Shown: in pieces, positions 8,792-17,352 of the stretch
How positions within the stretch are numbered: position 1 is the stretch's first letter
How the letters are laid out: every line of letters begins with the position of its first letter
The notes under the pieces: generated by a model
What the model was told of the DNA's origin: nothing
The model's database searches: none
What the model saw: only the letters and a program-made list of their open reading frames with translations
Assembly: GCA_043821725.1 (NCBI GenBank)
Contig: JBDRCM010000012.1
Coordinates: 1-62,881 of the forward strand
DNA: 62,881 nucleotides
Origin: a bacterium
GTDB taxonomy: Bacteria > Patescibacteriota > Patescibacteriia > Magasanikbacterales > GWA2-37-8
Reading direction: 5' to 3'
Made by a program: the position numbers and the translations under genes

Positions 8792-11332
8792 TTATTCAAG
8801 CGATAGTTTTCCTGATTTGATTTTGGCTTTGTATTGCGTCTTGATAACACCTTTTAAAATTATATTGGTAATCAGTTTTTCCAGTTCAGCTCGCACAAGT
8901 GTTCGCATGTCTCGAGCGTTGGCTTGGTTTTGTGGTATTCTTTTAATAAGCCGACTAATTATTGCATCACCAGCTTCCAATTTTGTTTTATGGATTTTTA
9001 GCTGTTCATTAAGGGCTGATATTTCAAGATTTGCTATTTTTTTCAGATCTTTGTCATTAAGATCATTGAATAAAATAATTTTGTCCATCCTTTTAATGAA
9101 TTCTTCTCCAAAATGTTCTTTAAGTTCTTGCTCCACAATTTCTTGTCTTTGCTTTATATTGTCGCTATCACCAAATCCGATCCCTTTTTTAAGAGCCTGG
9201 CGCGCCCCTATAGATGTTGTCATTATTATTATAGCATGTTTTAATGATATTTTCCTCCCTTCAGAGTCGGTTACTTCTCCATCTTCAAGCATTTGCAAAA
9301 ATAATTTAGAAATATCATTGTGAGCTTTGTCAATCTCATCAAGCAGTATAATGCAATGCGGATTCATTTTAATTTTGTCAGTAAATCTATTGCTCTCTTT
9401 ATAGCCGACATAACCGGCAGGTGAGCCAAGGAGCTTGGAAACGCTGTAGCTCTCGTTGAATTCGTTCATATCAAGTCGGATTAAGCCGTCCGATCCCGGA
9501 TAAAGCGATTGCGCTAGCGTTTTTGCCAATTCGGTTTTGCCGGTTCCGCTCAAGCCGGCGAGCATAATTGATGCTCTGGGCCTATTGGGATTTGTAAGAT
9601 TGAGCTCTGATCTTGCTACCAGATCAACAACTTCATCTATTGCCTTATCCTGTCCAATGATTGTTTTTTTGATTTCGCTTTTCAGATTTGCAAATCTGTT
9701 TTGATTGCTGTTGGATATTTTTTCCAAAGGAACATCAATAATTTTTGATAGTTGAATCATAATGTCATTGGCCGTAATTGTTCCAAGCTGGATCAAAGCA
9801 GAATCGTTGTCGCCATTTTTCATAATTTTTTGCAGGCGGTTTGTAAGTTGTGCCTGTTTTTCTTTCAGTTTGACCGCCTTCTTAAAGTCATCTGATAAAG
9901 CGGCCTGTTCTTTTTTATTTATCATTATTTCAATTTCTTTTTGCAATTCCCAGATTTTGTTTTGCTTAGGGCTTGGCTTTATTGTAAGTTTTTTAGCGGC
10001 CATACATTCATCCATAAGATCAATGGCTTTATCCGGCATGAATTTGCCTGTTAAATATTGATCTGCCAGTTTTGACGCTACTTCAATTGCCTGATCCGTG
10101 ATTTTAAAACTATGGAAATTTTCGTAATTTTTTCTTATTCCTTTAAGAATTTTTATTGTGTCATCAATGCTGGATTCTTTTAAATAAATTGGCTGAAAGC
10201 GTCGCTCCAAAGCAGGATCGCTTTCAATATATTTTTTAAATTCTCCCGGAGTTGTAGCTCCGATGCATCTGATTTGTCCTCTTGCCAAAGCCGGCTTAAG
10301 TATGTTGGACGCGTCCATTGCTCCATGATTTGAACCTGCTCCGACTATGTTATGGATTTCGTCTATAAAAAGAATAATATCAGGATCACTGCTTACTTCA
10401 GCCATAATGTGCTGAAGGCGCGATTCAAACTCACCTCTGAAAGTGGTGCCTGCAATAAGCATGCCCATATCTAAGGCATATATTTTTTTTCTTAAAAGGG
10501 CGCCGGGAGCTTCGCCTGCCATAATTTTTTTTGCCAATCCCTCAACTATAGCGGTTTTGCCCACTCCGGGATCTCCGAGCAGTACGGGATTGTTTTTGTG
10601 GCGTCTGCATAAAATCTGGCACATTCTTTCTATTTCTTTTTGCCTTCCAATTACAGGATCAATAGCGTCCTGTATTTTTGGATTGGTTAGGCATGTTGCA
10701 AAAACTTCAAGAGCTTTTTGAGGACGGCCAAAACCAGCCATATTGTGCACGCCAATGCCAATTGCGTTTGCGCCCGGCGTTGGTCCGTTAAAAGGCATTG
10801 AATCCGGATCCAAGTTGTTTGTTATATTGTTTATGGTATCTGCAATTTCATTTACCTGTGGGAACGAGCTGGCATTGTCCAGCATTATTTGAATTTGTTC
10901 ACTGATCTTTTTTTTGCTAACCGAATTTGTCTTTAATATTTGGTTCACAAGAGGATCATTTATTTCCAACAGCGCGAACAGCAAGTGCTCTGTACCAACA
11001 TAGTTGTGCTTTTTGGCATGTGCTAAAATCATGGCTTTCTCAACGGTCATTCTTGCGGAGCGAGAAAGCGAGGAAAGTTCAAGAGTGGCTACCTTTTTGT
11101 CGGTTGTTTTCTTTTTTGGCATAACCGGAAGAGTGAGCACGCATTGTTCAATTGTTTTGTGGTCAATTCCAATCCTTGATATTATTTCAGATGCAGTGGA
11201 TCCTTTGATTGATACAAGGGCGAACATAAGATGAACCGGCTCAACATAAGCATTCTGGAGTTCAGTTGCCAAAGTAATGCTTCTTGTAAGCGCTTCGCGC
11301 AGATGTGTTGAAAAGCGGTCTATTATGTTCAT
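8792..11332 (-). CDS. clpC: AAA+ chaperone / Clp protease ATP-binding subunit, ClpC-type
   Basis: 846 aa. Two Walker A motifs (GDPGVGKT, GLSGTGKT), Walker B motifs ILFIDEIH and ILLDEIDKAH, a short UVR-like middle domain, and a GIGFG ClpP-docking-type loop. Confidence 0.88.
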   Translation of the reverse strand: MNIIDRFSTHLREALTRSITLATELQNAYVEPVHLMFALVSIKGSTASEIISRIGIDHKTIEQCVLTLPVMPKKKTTDKKVATLELSSLSRSARMTVEKAMILAHAKKHNYVGTEHLLFALLEINDPLVNQILKTNSVSKKKISEQIQIMLDNASSFPQVNEIADTINNITNNLDPDSMPFNGPTPGANAIGIGVHNMAGFGRPQKALEVFATCLTNPKIQDAIDPVIGRQKEIERMCQILCRRHKNNPVLLGDPGVGKTAIVEGLAKKIMAGEAPGALLRKKIYALDMGMLIAGTTFRGEFESRLQHIMAEVSSDPDIILFIDEIHNIVGAGSNHGAMDASNILKPALARGQIRCIGATTPGEFKKYIESDPALERRFQPIYLKESSIDDTIKILKGIRKNYENFHSFKITDQAIEVASKLADQYLTGKFMPDKAIDLMDECMAAKKLTIKPSPKQNKIWELQKEIEIMINKKEQAALSDDFKKAVKLKEKQAQLTNRLQKIMKNGDNDSALIQLGTITANDIMIQLSKIIDVPLEKISNSNQNRFANLKSEIKKTIIGQDKAIDEVVDLVARSELNLTNPNRPRASIMLAGLSGTGKTELAKTLAQSLYPGSDGLIRLDMNEFNESYSVSKLLGSPAGYVGYKESNRFTDKIKMNPHCIILLDEIDKAHNDISKLFLQMLEDGEVTDSEGRKISLKHAIIIMTTSIGARQALKKGIGFGDSDNIKQRQEIVEQELKEHFGEEFIKRMDKIILFNDLNDKDLKKIANLEISALNEQLKIHKTKLEAGDAIISRLIKRIPQNQANARDMRTLVRAELEKLITNIILKGVIKTQYKAKIKSGKLSLE

Positions 11333-12747
11333 AATGCGTCCACATTTACTCCATAATCCCAGTCAATTTCTTGATATTGGTGTAGGAGCTTGTTAATATA
11401 TTTTTTAAGTTCATCATAATCGTCTGTGGTTTTTGCTTCAAATTTAGTGGTTAAATACGGACCGTTTTGCGAGTATCTCACCACAAACATTCTATCTTCC
11501 ATATCCAAGCGTACGCCATCGCCGGCTCTTTCATCGTCTATTACTCCAGCATCAGGAAAGTCATTTTTCAGTTTTTCTGCAATTTTTTTCATTAGGACGA
11601 TTTTTTTATCATCTGCGCAACCGACTTTAATTTCAGGGCTGGAAATATATTTTGGAAGCTTGTCAATTTCTTCTGACAGAAAAAGGCCTGACTCGCTCAA
11701 ATAGCGCAAAAGTCGCAGAGATGAATACAGGCCATCATCATGGTTGTAAAAATCTTTGGAAAAGAAAAAATGGCCTGACAGTTCGCCGATAAAAGCGGCT
11801 TTGACTTCTTGATTTTTTTTCTTTAAAAATGAATGTCCGGTCCTCCACATGAATGGTAGGCCTCCGTTGGATTTTATTGTATCTTCAACAACTTTGGAAC
11901 ACAGCGTGTTGTACATTATTGTACTGCCAGGATACTGTTGCAGAACATCTGCTGAAAAAAGCGCAACCAAAACATCATTCCAAATAATTCGGCCTTTTTC
12001 ATCAACAATTCCAATGCGGTCGCCATCTGCGTCATATGAAAAGCCCAAGTCCGCCTTGGACTCAATAACTTTTTTGCTTAATCTTTCTGCCACATTCATT
12101 TCCGTTGGGTCAGGAGTGCCAAGAGGGAACAAAGGATCTATCTTACAATTGCTTTCCACTACTTCACAGCCGGCTTGGCGCAGAAATTCTGGTGCAATTG
12201 CGCCTGCTGTTGCGTTGCTGGCTTCTATCACCACTTTGAATTTTCTTTTTAAAGGCAAGCGCTTAATAATGTCAGAATTGTATTCTATTTTAATATCCTG
12301 ATGCTCAATTTTGCCTGCTTGGTCGCATATGTCATAATCTTCTTGTTCAACCATTTTTCTTATTTCTTGAATTTCTTTGCTTACCATGGTTTGAGAATAT
12401 CCAATTGAAAATTTAAAGCCATTGTATTCTGATGGATTGTGAGACGCAGTAACAAAAGCCCCGCCTGGTATTTCCAAAAAATACTGAGCCCAGTAAAATG
12501 TGCCTACCATGTTCATTCCGATATTTATTGAGTCAATTCCGACCTTGCTATATCCTCGCGCCAGTGCTTGCGCATATTGAGGTGAAGTGGCTCGGCAGTC
12601 ATAACCTATAAGAGCTTTTTTAATTTTGGAGCGTTTCATAAAAGTGCCGTGAGCCATGCCCAAATGCTCCACAATTTCTTCGTTCAAATCTTGATCTACC
12701 AAGCCCCTTAAATCATAGCCACGAAACATGTATGGATTTACCTTCAT
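11329..12747 (-). CDS. phosphoglucomutase/phosphomannomutase family protein
   Basis: 472 aa. Active-site TASHNPSEYNGFK, metal loop DADGDRIG and GELSGHFFF. ATGA overlap with the clpC start. Confidence 0.88.
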   Translation of the reverse strand: MKVNPYMFRGYDLRGLVDQDLNEEIVEHLGMAHGTFMKRSKIKKALIGYDCRATSPQYAQALARGYSKVGIDSINIGMNMVGTFYWAQYFLEIPGGAFVTASHNPSEYNGFKFSIGYSQTMVSKEIQEIRKMVEQEDYDICDQAGKIEHQDIKIEYNSDIIKRLPLKRKFKVVIEASNATAGAIAPEFLRQAGCEVVESNCKIDPLFPLGTPDPTEMNVAERLSKKVIESKADLGFSYDADGDRIGIVDEKGRIIWNDVLVALFSADVLQQYPGSTIMYNTLCSKVVEDTIKSNGGLPFMWRTGHSFLKKKNQEVKAAFIGELSGHFFFSKDFYNHDDGLYSSLRLLRYLSESGLFLSEEIDKLPKYISSPEIKVGCADDKKIVLMKKIAEKLKNDFPDAGVIDDERAGDGVRLDMEDRMFVVRYSQNGPYLTTKFEAKTTDDYDELKKYINKLLHQYQEIDWDYGVNVDAL

Positions 12748-12767
12748 AATACTGTATTTTATGTTAT

Positions 12768-12820
12768 GTGTCTATCGCTAATTACGCTTTCGTCACGAAA
12801 GTGCACTTGGCGTCAGACCC
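12768..12820. repeat. diverged 53-nt copy of the GGGTCTGTCGCCAAAT palindromic (MITE-like) element
   Basis: GTGTCTATCGCTAATTACGCTTTCG...CACTTGGCGTCAGACCC aligns to both ends of the 235-bp element at 24385-24619. It lies between a putative promoter and the phosphohexomutase start. Confidence 0.7.
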
Positions 12821-12892
12821 TTAGTAGCAGATTCTCTAAGTTGTTCTGAATTGTAGCAAAAAACAGGTAAAAATACAAGGGTCAAAATAAAT

Positions 12893-12923
12893 AAAACACA
12901 GCTCATATTTATGGCTGTGTTTT
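12893..12923 (-). terminator. rho-independent terminator downstream of htpX
   Basis: AAAACACAGC / GCTGTGTTTT 10-bp stem with an 11-nt loop, flanked by A/T runs. Confidence 0.7.
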
Positions 12924-12947
12924 GAATCAAGTCAATTATCCGTTTGT

Positions 12948-13826
12948 TTATGCCATCAGGCGCAACTCCTTTACCCTGTCTTCAATCGGCGGGTGGGTTG
13001 AGAAATATCTGTTGACTTTTTTTCCGCTAAACGGGCTTGCAATAAAAAGATGGGCTGTGGCAGTGGAGGCCTTTTTCAGAGGAACGTTATCATCGCGTAT
13101 TTTTTCAAGCGCGCGCGCCAGCCCTTCGGGATAGCGGGTTAAAAGCGATCCGGAAGCGTCAGCCAGATATTCCCGCTTGCGCGAAATTGATAGCTTGATA
13201 AGTTCAGCCACAACAGGCGAAATAAGCGCCAGCACAATGCCGACGAACATAAATAGAACCGCCAGCTGGTTATTTCCTCTATCCTTGCTTCTAAACAGGT
13301 TCATTCGCAGAAAAAAGTTTGAGAGCATTGCGATTGCTCCAACCATTACGGCAACTAAAGTCATAAAGCGGATGTCATAGTTGCCTATATGGGAGAGTTC
13401 ATGTGCAAGAACACCTTCCAGCTCTTCATTTTCCAACTTTTCAATTGCACCGCGCGTTACGGCAATAGAAGCGAATTTTGGATTTCTTCCTGTGGCAAAA
13501 GCATTAATGGCGCTGTCTTCCATTATATACAATTTTGGCATTGGCAGTCCTGCTGTAATACATAGATTTTCAACCATGTTATAAAAATAGCGGTTATCTT
13601 TTTTCAGGATTGGCTTGGCGCCTGAAGCATGAAGCGCCAGCCGGTCTCCGGCAAAATATGATACTGCTGTTAAAAGCAAAGATATAATTATGGCGATCCA
13701 AGTGCCTTGAAATCCATTTCCTCCCATTGCAATATCAAAAACATAGCCAATTCCCAATAAAATGGCAATAAACAAAATCATCAGCACTACTGATTTGCGC
13801 TTGTTGGAATCAATTTGACTGTACAT
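12948..13826 (-). CDS. htpX: zinc metalloprotease HtpX (M48)
   Basis: 292 aa. HELSH zinc motif and four TM segments. Overlaps the lemA stop by 1 nt. Confidence 0.9.
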   Translation of the reverse strand: MYSQIDSNKRKSVVLMILFIAILLGIGYVFDIAMGGNGFQGTWIAIIISLLLTAVSYFAGDRLALHASGAKPILKKDNRYFYNMVENLCITAGLPMPKLYIMEDSAINAFATGRNPKFASIAVTRGAIEKLENEELEGVLAHELSHIGNYDIRFMTLVAVMVGAIAMLSNFFLRMNLFRSKDRGNNQLAVLFMFVGIVLALISPVVAELIKLSISRKREYLADASGSLLTRYPEGLARALEKIRDDNVPLKKASTATAHLFIASPFSGKKVNRYFSTHPPIEDRVKELRLMA

Positions 13827-14392
13827 TAGAATTTCATTTTAATATTTTCTTTTTCCTCGGATTGTGCCTGGAAAAAGTCGTAATTCACAAATTTTAGGGA
13901 TTTGGCAATAAGATTTGTTGGAAATACTTGAATTTTTGTATTAAAGTCGCGAACATTGCCGTTATAGAACCGCCTTGAGGCCTGAATTTTATTTTCTGTA
14001 TCGCTGATTTCATCTTGAAGCTGGAGAAAATTTTGATTGGCCTTTAAGTCCGGGTAGGCCTCTGATAGGGCGAATAAGCTTTTTAATGTATTTGTAAGCA
14101 TATTTTCCACGTTGCCGCGTTCTTCCATTGTTGCCTCCCTATTATTATTAACTGCCATGGCTTGATTTCGAGCCATAACAACTTTTTCAAAGGTTTCGCT
14201 TTCATGCTTAACGTACCCTTTAACTGTTTCCACTAAATTTGGGATAAGATCGTATCTGCGTTTTAGCTGGACGTCAATGTCGCTGAATGATTCATCCACT
14301 CGGTTGCGGGATCGTATAAGTCCGTTGTATGTAAAAATAAGCCATACAACAACTATTGCCACAGCAACTAAAATAATGTAAAGTATATTCAT
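13826..14392 (-). CDS. lemA: LemA family membrane protein
   Basis: 188 aa. N-terminal TM helix and the RRYDLIPNLVETVKGY LemA signature. Confidence 0.88.
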   Translation of the reverse strand: MNILYIILVAVAIVVVWLIFTYNGLIRSRNRVDESFSDIDVQLKRRYDLIPNLVETVKGYVKHESETFEKVVMARNQAMAVNNNREATMEERGNVENMLTNTLKSLFALSEAYPDLKANQNFLQLQDEISDTENKIQASRRFYNGNVRDFNTKIQVFPTNLIAKSLKFVNYDFFQAQSEEKENIKMKF

Positions 14393-14548
14393 AATTTAAT
14401 ATACACAAAGAGTTAGTCCTCTTTTATATTGATATTCTATAATAAATAATGCCAATTTGCAATAGGTGGAATTGTCAAAGCTGTCTTCCTTGTTGCTTAG
14501 CCGGATAACCCGCTAAGCCGGGGAAACTACTCACTTTTTAATCGGATT

Positions 14549-15781
14549 ATGTTCACATTATTTGTCTTCTTAATAATACTCGGGCTGTTGGTTTTGTCGC
14601 ATGAGGCAGGCCATTTTGTTGCCGCTCGTAAAAGCGGAATGAAGGTCTATGAATTCGGTTTTGGATTTCCTCCTCGCGCTTTTGGCGTGCGGGTTTTGAC
14701 CAAATTACCGGAAGAAGATGACTCCAAAGAAGTCGGTTTGTTAAAGCAGAAAAAGCCAATAAAAAAATATAAATTTATAAGTGGCCGAGGAAGAGTTGAA
14801 GACATGCCTGTTGAAAGCGGGTGGGAAGGTGGAACAATTTATTCAATGAACTGGTTTCCGCTCGGCGGTTTTGTAAGAATCAAGGGCGAAGAAGGGCAAG
14901 AAAGCGGGCCGGACAGTTTTGTCAGTAAGTCATTCACTCGCAAAGCAATTGTGCTTGTGTCAGGCGTTGCAATGAATGTTTTGCTTGCGGCTGTAATTTT
15001 TTCAATTGGATTTATGGTTGGCCTGCCTCAAGCATTGGATGGCGTTGATAATTCTTTAATGGTGAAAGACAGAAAGTTGCAAATAATGCAGATTCTTCCA
15101 AATAAGCCAGCTGAATCAGCCGGACTTAAAGTAGGTGATTCTTTCCTTAAAATCGGAGAGATTGTAAGCCCAACTCTTGAGCAAATGCAGGAATATGTAA
15201 ATGCCAATAAAGATAGTGAAATTACATTTCAAATTGAGCGAGGCAGTGAACTGATTGAAAAAACAATCAAGCCGGAAATTTATATAGACACAGGCAAGGG
15301 CGGAATCGGCGTTGCAATAAGCGAGGTTGGAATGGTGAAATATCCTTGGCACAAGGCTATATACAATGGATTTTTAATGACATTTATTTATTTGAAAGAA
15401 ATTCTCATTGCTTTTTATTTTATAATAAAAGGACTTTTTGCAGGCAATGGCGCTGGAGCGGCTGTGTCCGGACCAATAGGGATAGCTGTGATGACAGGGC
15501 AGATTGCCAAACTTGGCATTCCATATCTTTTGAATTTTACAGCAATACTTTCTCTTAATCTCGCGATAATTAACATATTGCCTTTGCCGGCATTGGATGG
15601 CGGGCGCTTGCTTTTTCTTGCTTTTGGAAGGATTTTCAAACGTGATGTCCCGTTGAAGTTTGAACAGCTCGCTCATACATTGGGTTTTTTGGCTCTTATG
15701 GCTTTGGTAATAGTTATTACAGTTAAGGATATAAGCAGATTCAGCAATGTTTTCACCGGACTGTTTAATAAATTATTTTAA
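14549..15781 (+). CDS. rseP: site-2 protease RseP (M50) with PDZ domain
   Basis: 410 aa. HEAGHF zinc motif, central PDZ domain, NILPLPALDGG motif. Confidence 0.9.
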   Translation: MFTLFVFLIILGLLVLSHEAGHFVAARKSGMKVYEFGFGFPPRAFGVRVLTKLPEEDDSKEVGLLKQKKPIKKYKFISGRGRVEDMPVESGWEGGTIYSMNWFPLGGFVRIKGEEGQESGPDSFVSKSFTRKAIVLVSGVAMNVLLAAVIFSIGFMVGLPQALDGVDNSLMVKDRKLQIMQILPNKPAESAGLKVGDSFLKIGEIVSPTLEQMQEYVNANKDSEITFQIERGSELIEKTIKPEIYIDTGKGGIGVAISEVGMVKYPWHKAIYNGFLMTFIYLKEILIAFYFIIKGLFAGNGAGAAVSGPIGIAVMTGQIAKLGIPYLLNFTAILSLNLAIINILPLPALDGGRLLFLAFGRIFKRDVPLKFEQLAHTLGFLALMALVIVITVKDISRFSNVFTGLFNKLF

Positions 15782-15806
15782 TCAGGTCTGATACTATTTT
15801 TAATGT

Positions 15807-16238
15807 ATGAATGATAGACCAAGAAATAGAGATCTATTTGAAAAAAGGCGCGCTGAAGTTATAATTCAAAAAGAAAAAAAAGAGGCCGAATTAAAGCAAA
15901 ATTTAATGGTTGAAATACAAAAGCATATTATTGCGCGAATGAATCAAATCAGCAGGCATGAATTGATTAAGGCGGAAATAAGCATGATTTTTTTAAAAAA
16001 TGCACTGGCTGATATTTTTTACTCTGAATTTGATGAGCGTACATATAAAGAATGGATGAAGGAACTTGTAGAATATATAAAAAAGAATTTCCACGCGCAT
16101 AAAGTCGCCAATATTGAAGTGGCGCTTGATGAACTTAATGATTTGGTACAAGAGTTTAGGAAAAAAAAGGAAAGCGAACCGGAAGTTGAAGGCGAAGAAC
16201 AGGATAATGTAGTCCGTCTTTTTAAAAAGGAAAGTTGA
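15807..16238 (+). CDS. hypothetical charged, coiled-coil-like protein
   Basis: 143-aa ORF in an operon-like position between rseP and pheS. No motif recognised. Confidence 0.5.
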   Translation: MNDRPRNRDLFEKRRAEVIIQKEKKEAELKQNLMVEIQKHIIARMNQISRHELIKAEISMIFLKNALADIFYSEFDERTYKEWMKELVEYIKKNFHAHKVANIEVALDELNDLVQEFRKKKESEPEVEGEEQDNVVRLFKKES

Positions 16239-16319
16239 AATAATATTTTTACTAATCCACATGGCTTGCACTCAGTCATGGCGGGGTCTCGTTGCGCTTG
16301 AAAATTAAATTGTTAATAT

Positions 16320-17351
16320 ATGCACTTGCAGTTTGAAAAATTAAAAAAAGAGGCGATTTTGGCTATCAAATCCATTAAGGACAAAGCTGGTCTTCAAGAG
16401 CTTGAAATTAAATTGCTCGGCCGCAAGAGCGGACAATTAACCGCTCTCATGAAAAGCATAAAAGATCTGGGAGAAGAGGCCAAAAAGTCAGCCGGCATGG
16501 CTGCCAATGAAGCGAGGAGTCGCATAGAAATGGCATTTTATGAAAAAATCAAGGAATTAAATTCCAAAGAAGCTGAAAAAGATTCAATAAATGAAAAAAT
16601 TGATATTACTCAGCCGTCTTTAATTGCAATCCCTGATGGTCATTTTCATCCAATGACAATTGTTCATCGCCAATTAGAAGAACTTTTTTCATCAATGGGA
16701 TTTATGGTTTTGGATGGTCCTGAATTGGAAAGCGACTATTACAGTTTTGAGGCACTTAACTTTCTGGATTCGCATCCGGCCAGAGAGAGCATGGATACCT
16801 TTTATATTAAGGATCATAAGGATTGGTGCATGCGGCCGCATACTTCACCTGTGCAGGTAAGAGCCATGCAAAAATACGGTGCGCCTTTGCGAGCCGTTGC
16901 CACAGGAAGATGTTATAGAAATGAAGCTACTGACGCCAGCCATGAGCATACATTCTACCAAATGGAAGGATTGGTTATAGATAAAAACATATCAATTGCC
17001 AACCTCATAGGCGTTATGAAGGAACTGCTAAAAGGAATTTTGAAAAAAGAAGTTGAAATACGGCTAAGGCCCGGGTATTTTCCTTTTGTGGAACCCGGAT
17101 TTGAGCTTGATATGAAATGCCTGGTTTGCGATGGCATTGGATGCGGAGCGTGCAAGCACAGCGGGTGGGTGGAGACATTGCCTTGCGGGCTGGTGCATCC
17201 GAATGTCATTAAGCATGGAGGCCTGGATCCAAAACAATGGAGCGGATTCGCATTCGGCCTCGGCTCAATGCGTTTAGCAATGCAAAAGTTTGGCATTGAC
17301 GACATACGGCTTTTATATGGAAACGATTTGAGGTTCATTAATCAATTTTAA
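16320..17351 (+). CDS. pheS: phenylalanine--tRNA ligase alpha subunit
   Basis: 343 aa. Class II core motifs (RPGYFPFVEPGFELD, LVHPNV). Located directly upstream of pheT. Confidence 0.93.
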   Translation: MHLQFEKLKKEAILAIKSIKDKAGLQELEIKLLGRKSGQLTALMKSIKDLGEEAKKSAGMAANEARSRIEMAFYEKIKELNSKEAEKDSINEKIDITQPSLIAIPDGHFHPMTIVHRQLEELFSSMGFMVLDGPELESDYYSFEALNFLDSHPARESMDTFYIKDHKDWCMRPHTSPVQVRAMQKYGAPLRAVATGRCYRNEATDASHEHTFYQMEGLVIDKNISIANLIGVMKELLKGILKKEVEIRLRPGYFPFVEPGFELDMKCLVCDGIGCGACKHSGWVETLPCGLVHPNVIKHGGLDPKQWSGFAFGLGSMRLAMQKFGIDDIRLLYGNDLRFINQF

Positions 17352-17352
17352 T

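Noticed and set aside
14490-14530. GC-rich hairpin GCTTAGC-(10 nt)-GCTAAGC in the rseP leader as a possible riboswitch
   Set aside because: It is too short and simple, and it has no resemblance to any riboswitch core I can recall. I noted it only as a possible leader stem.
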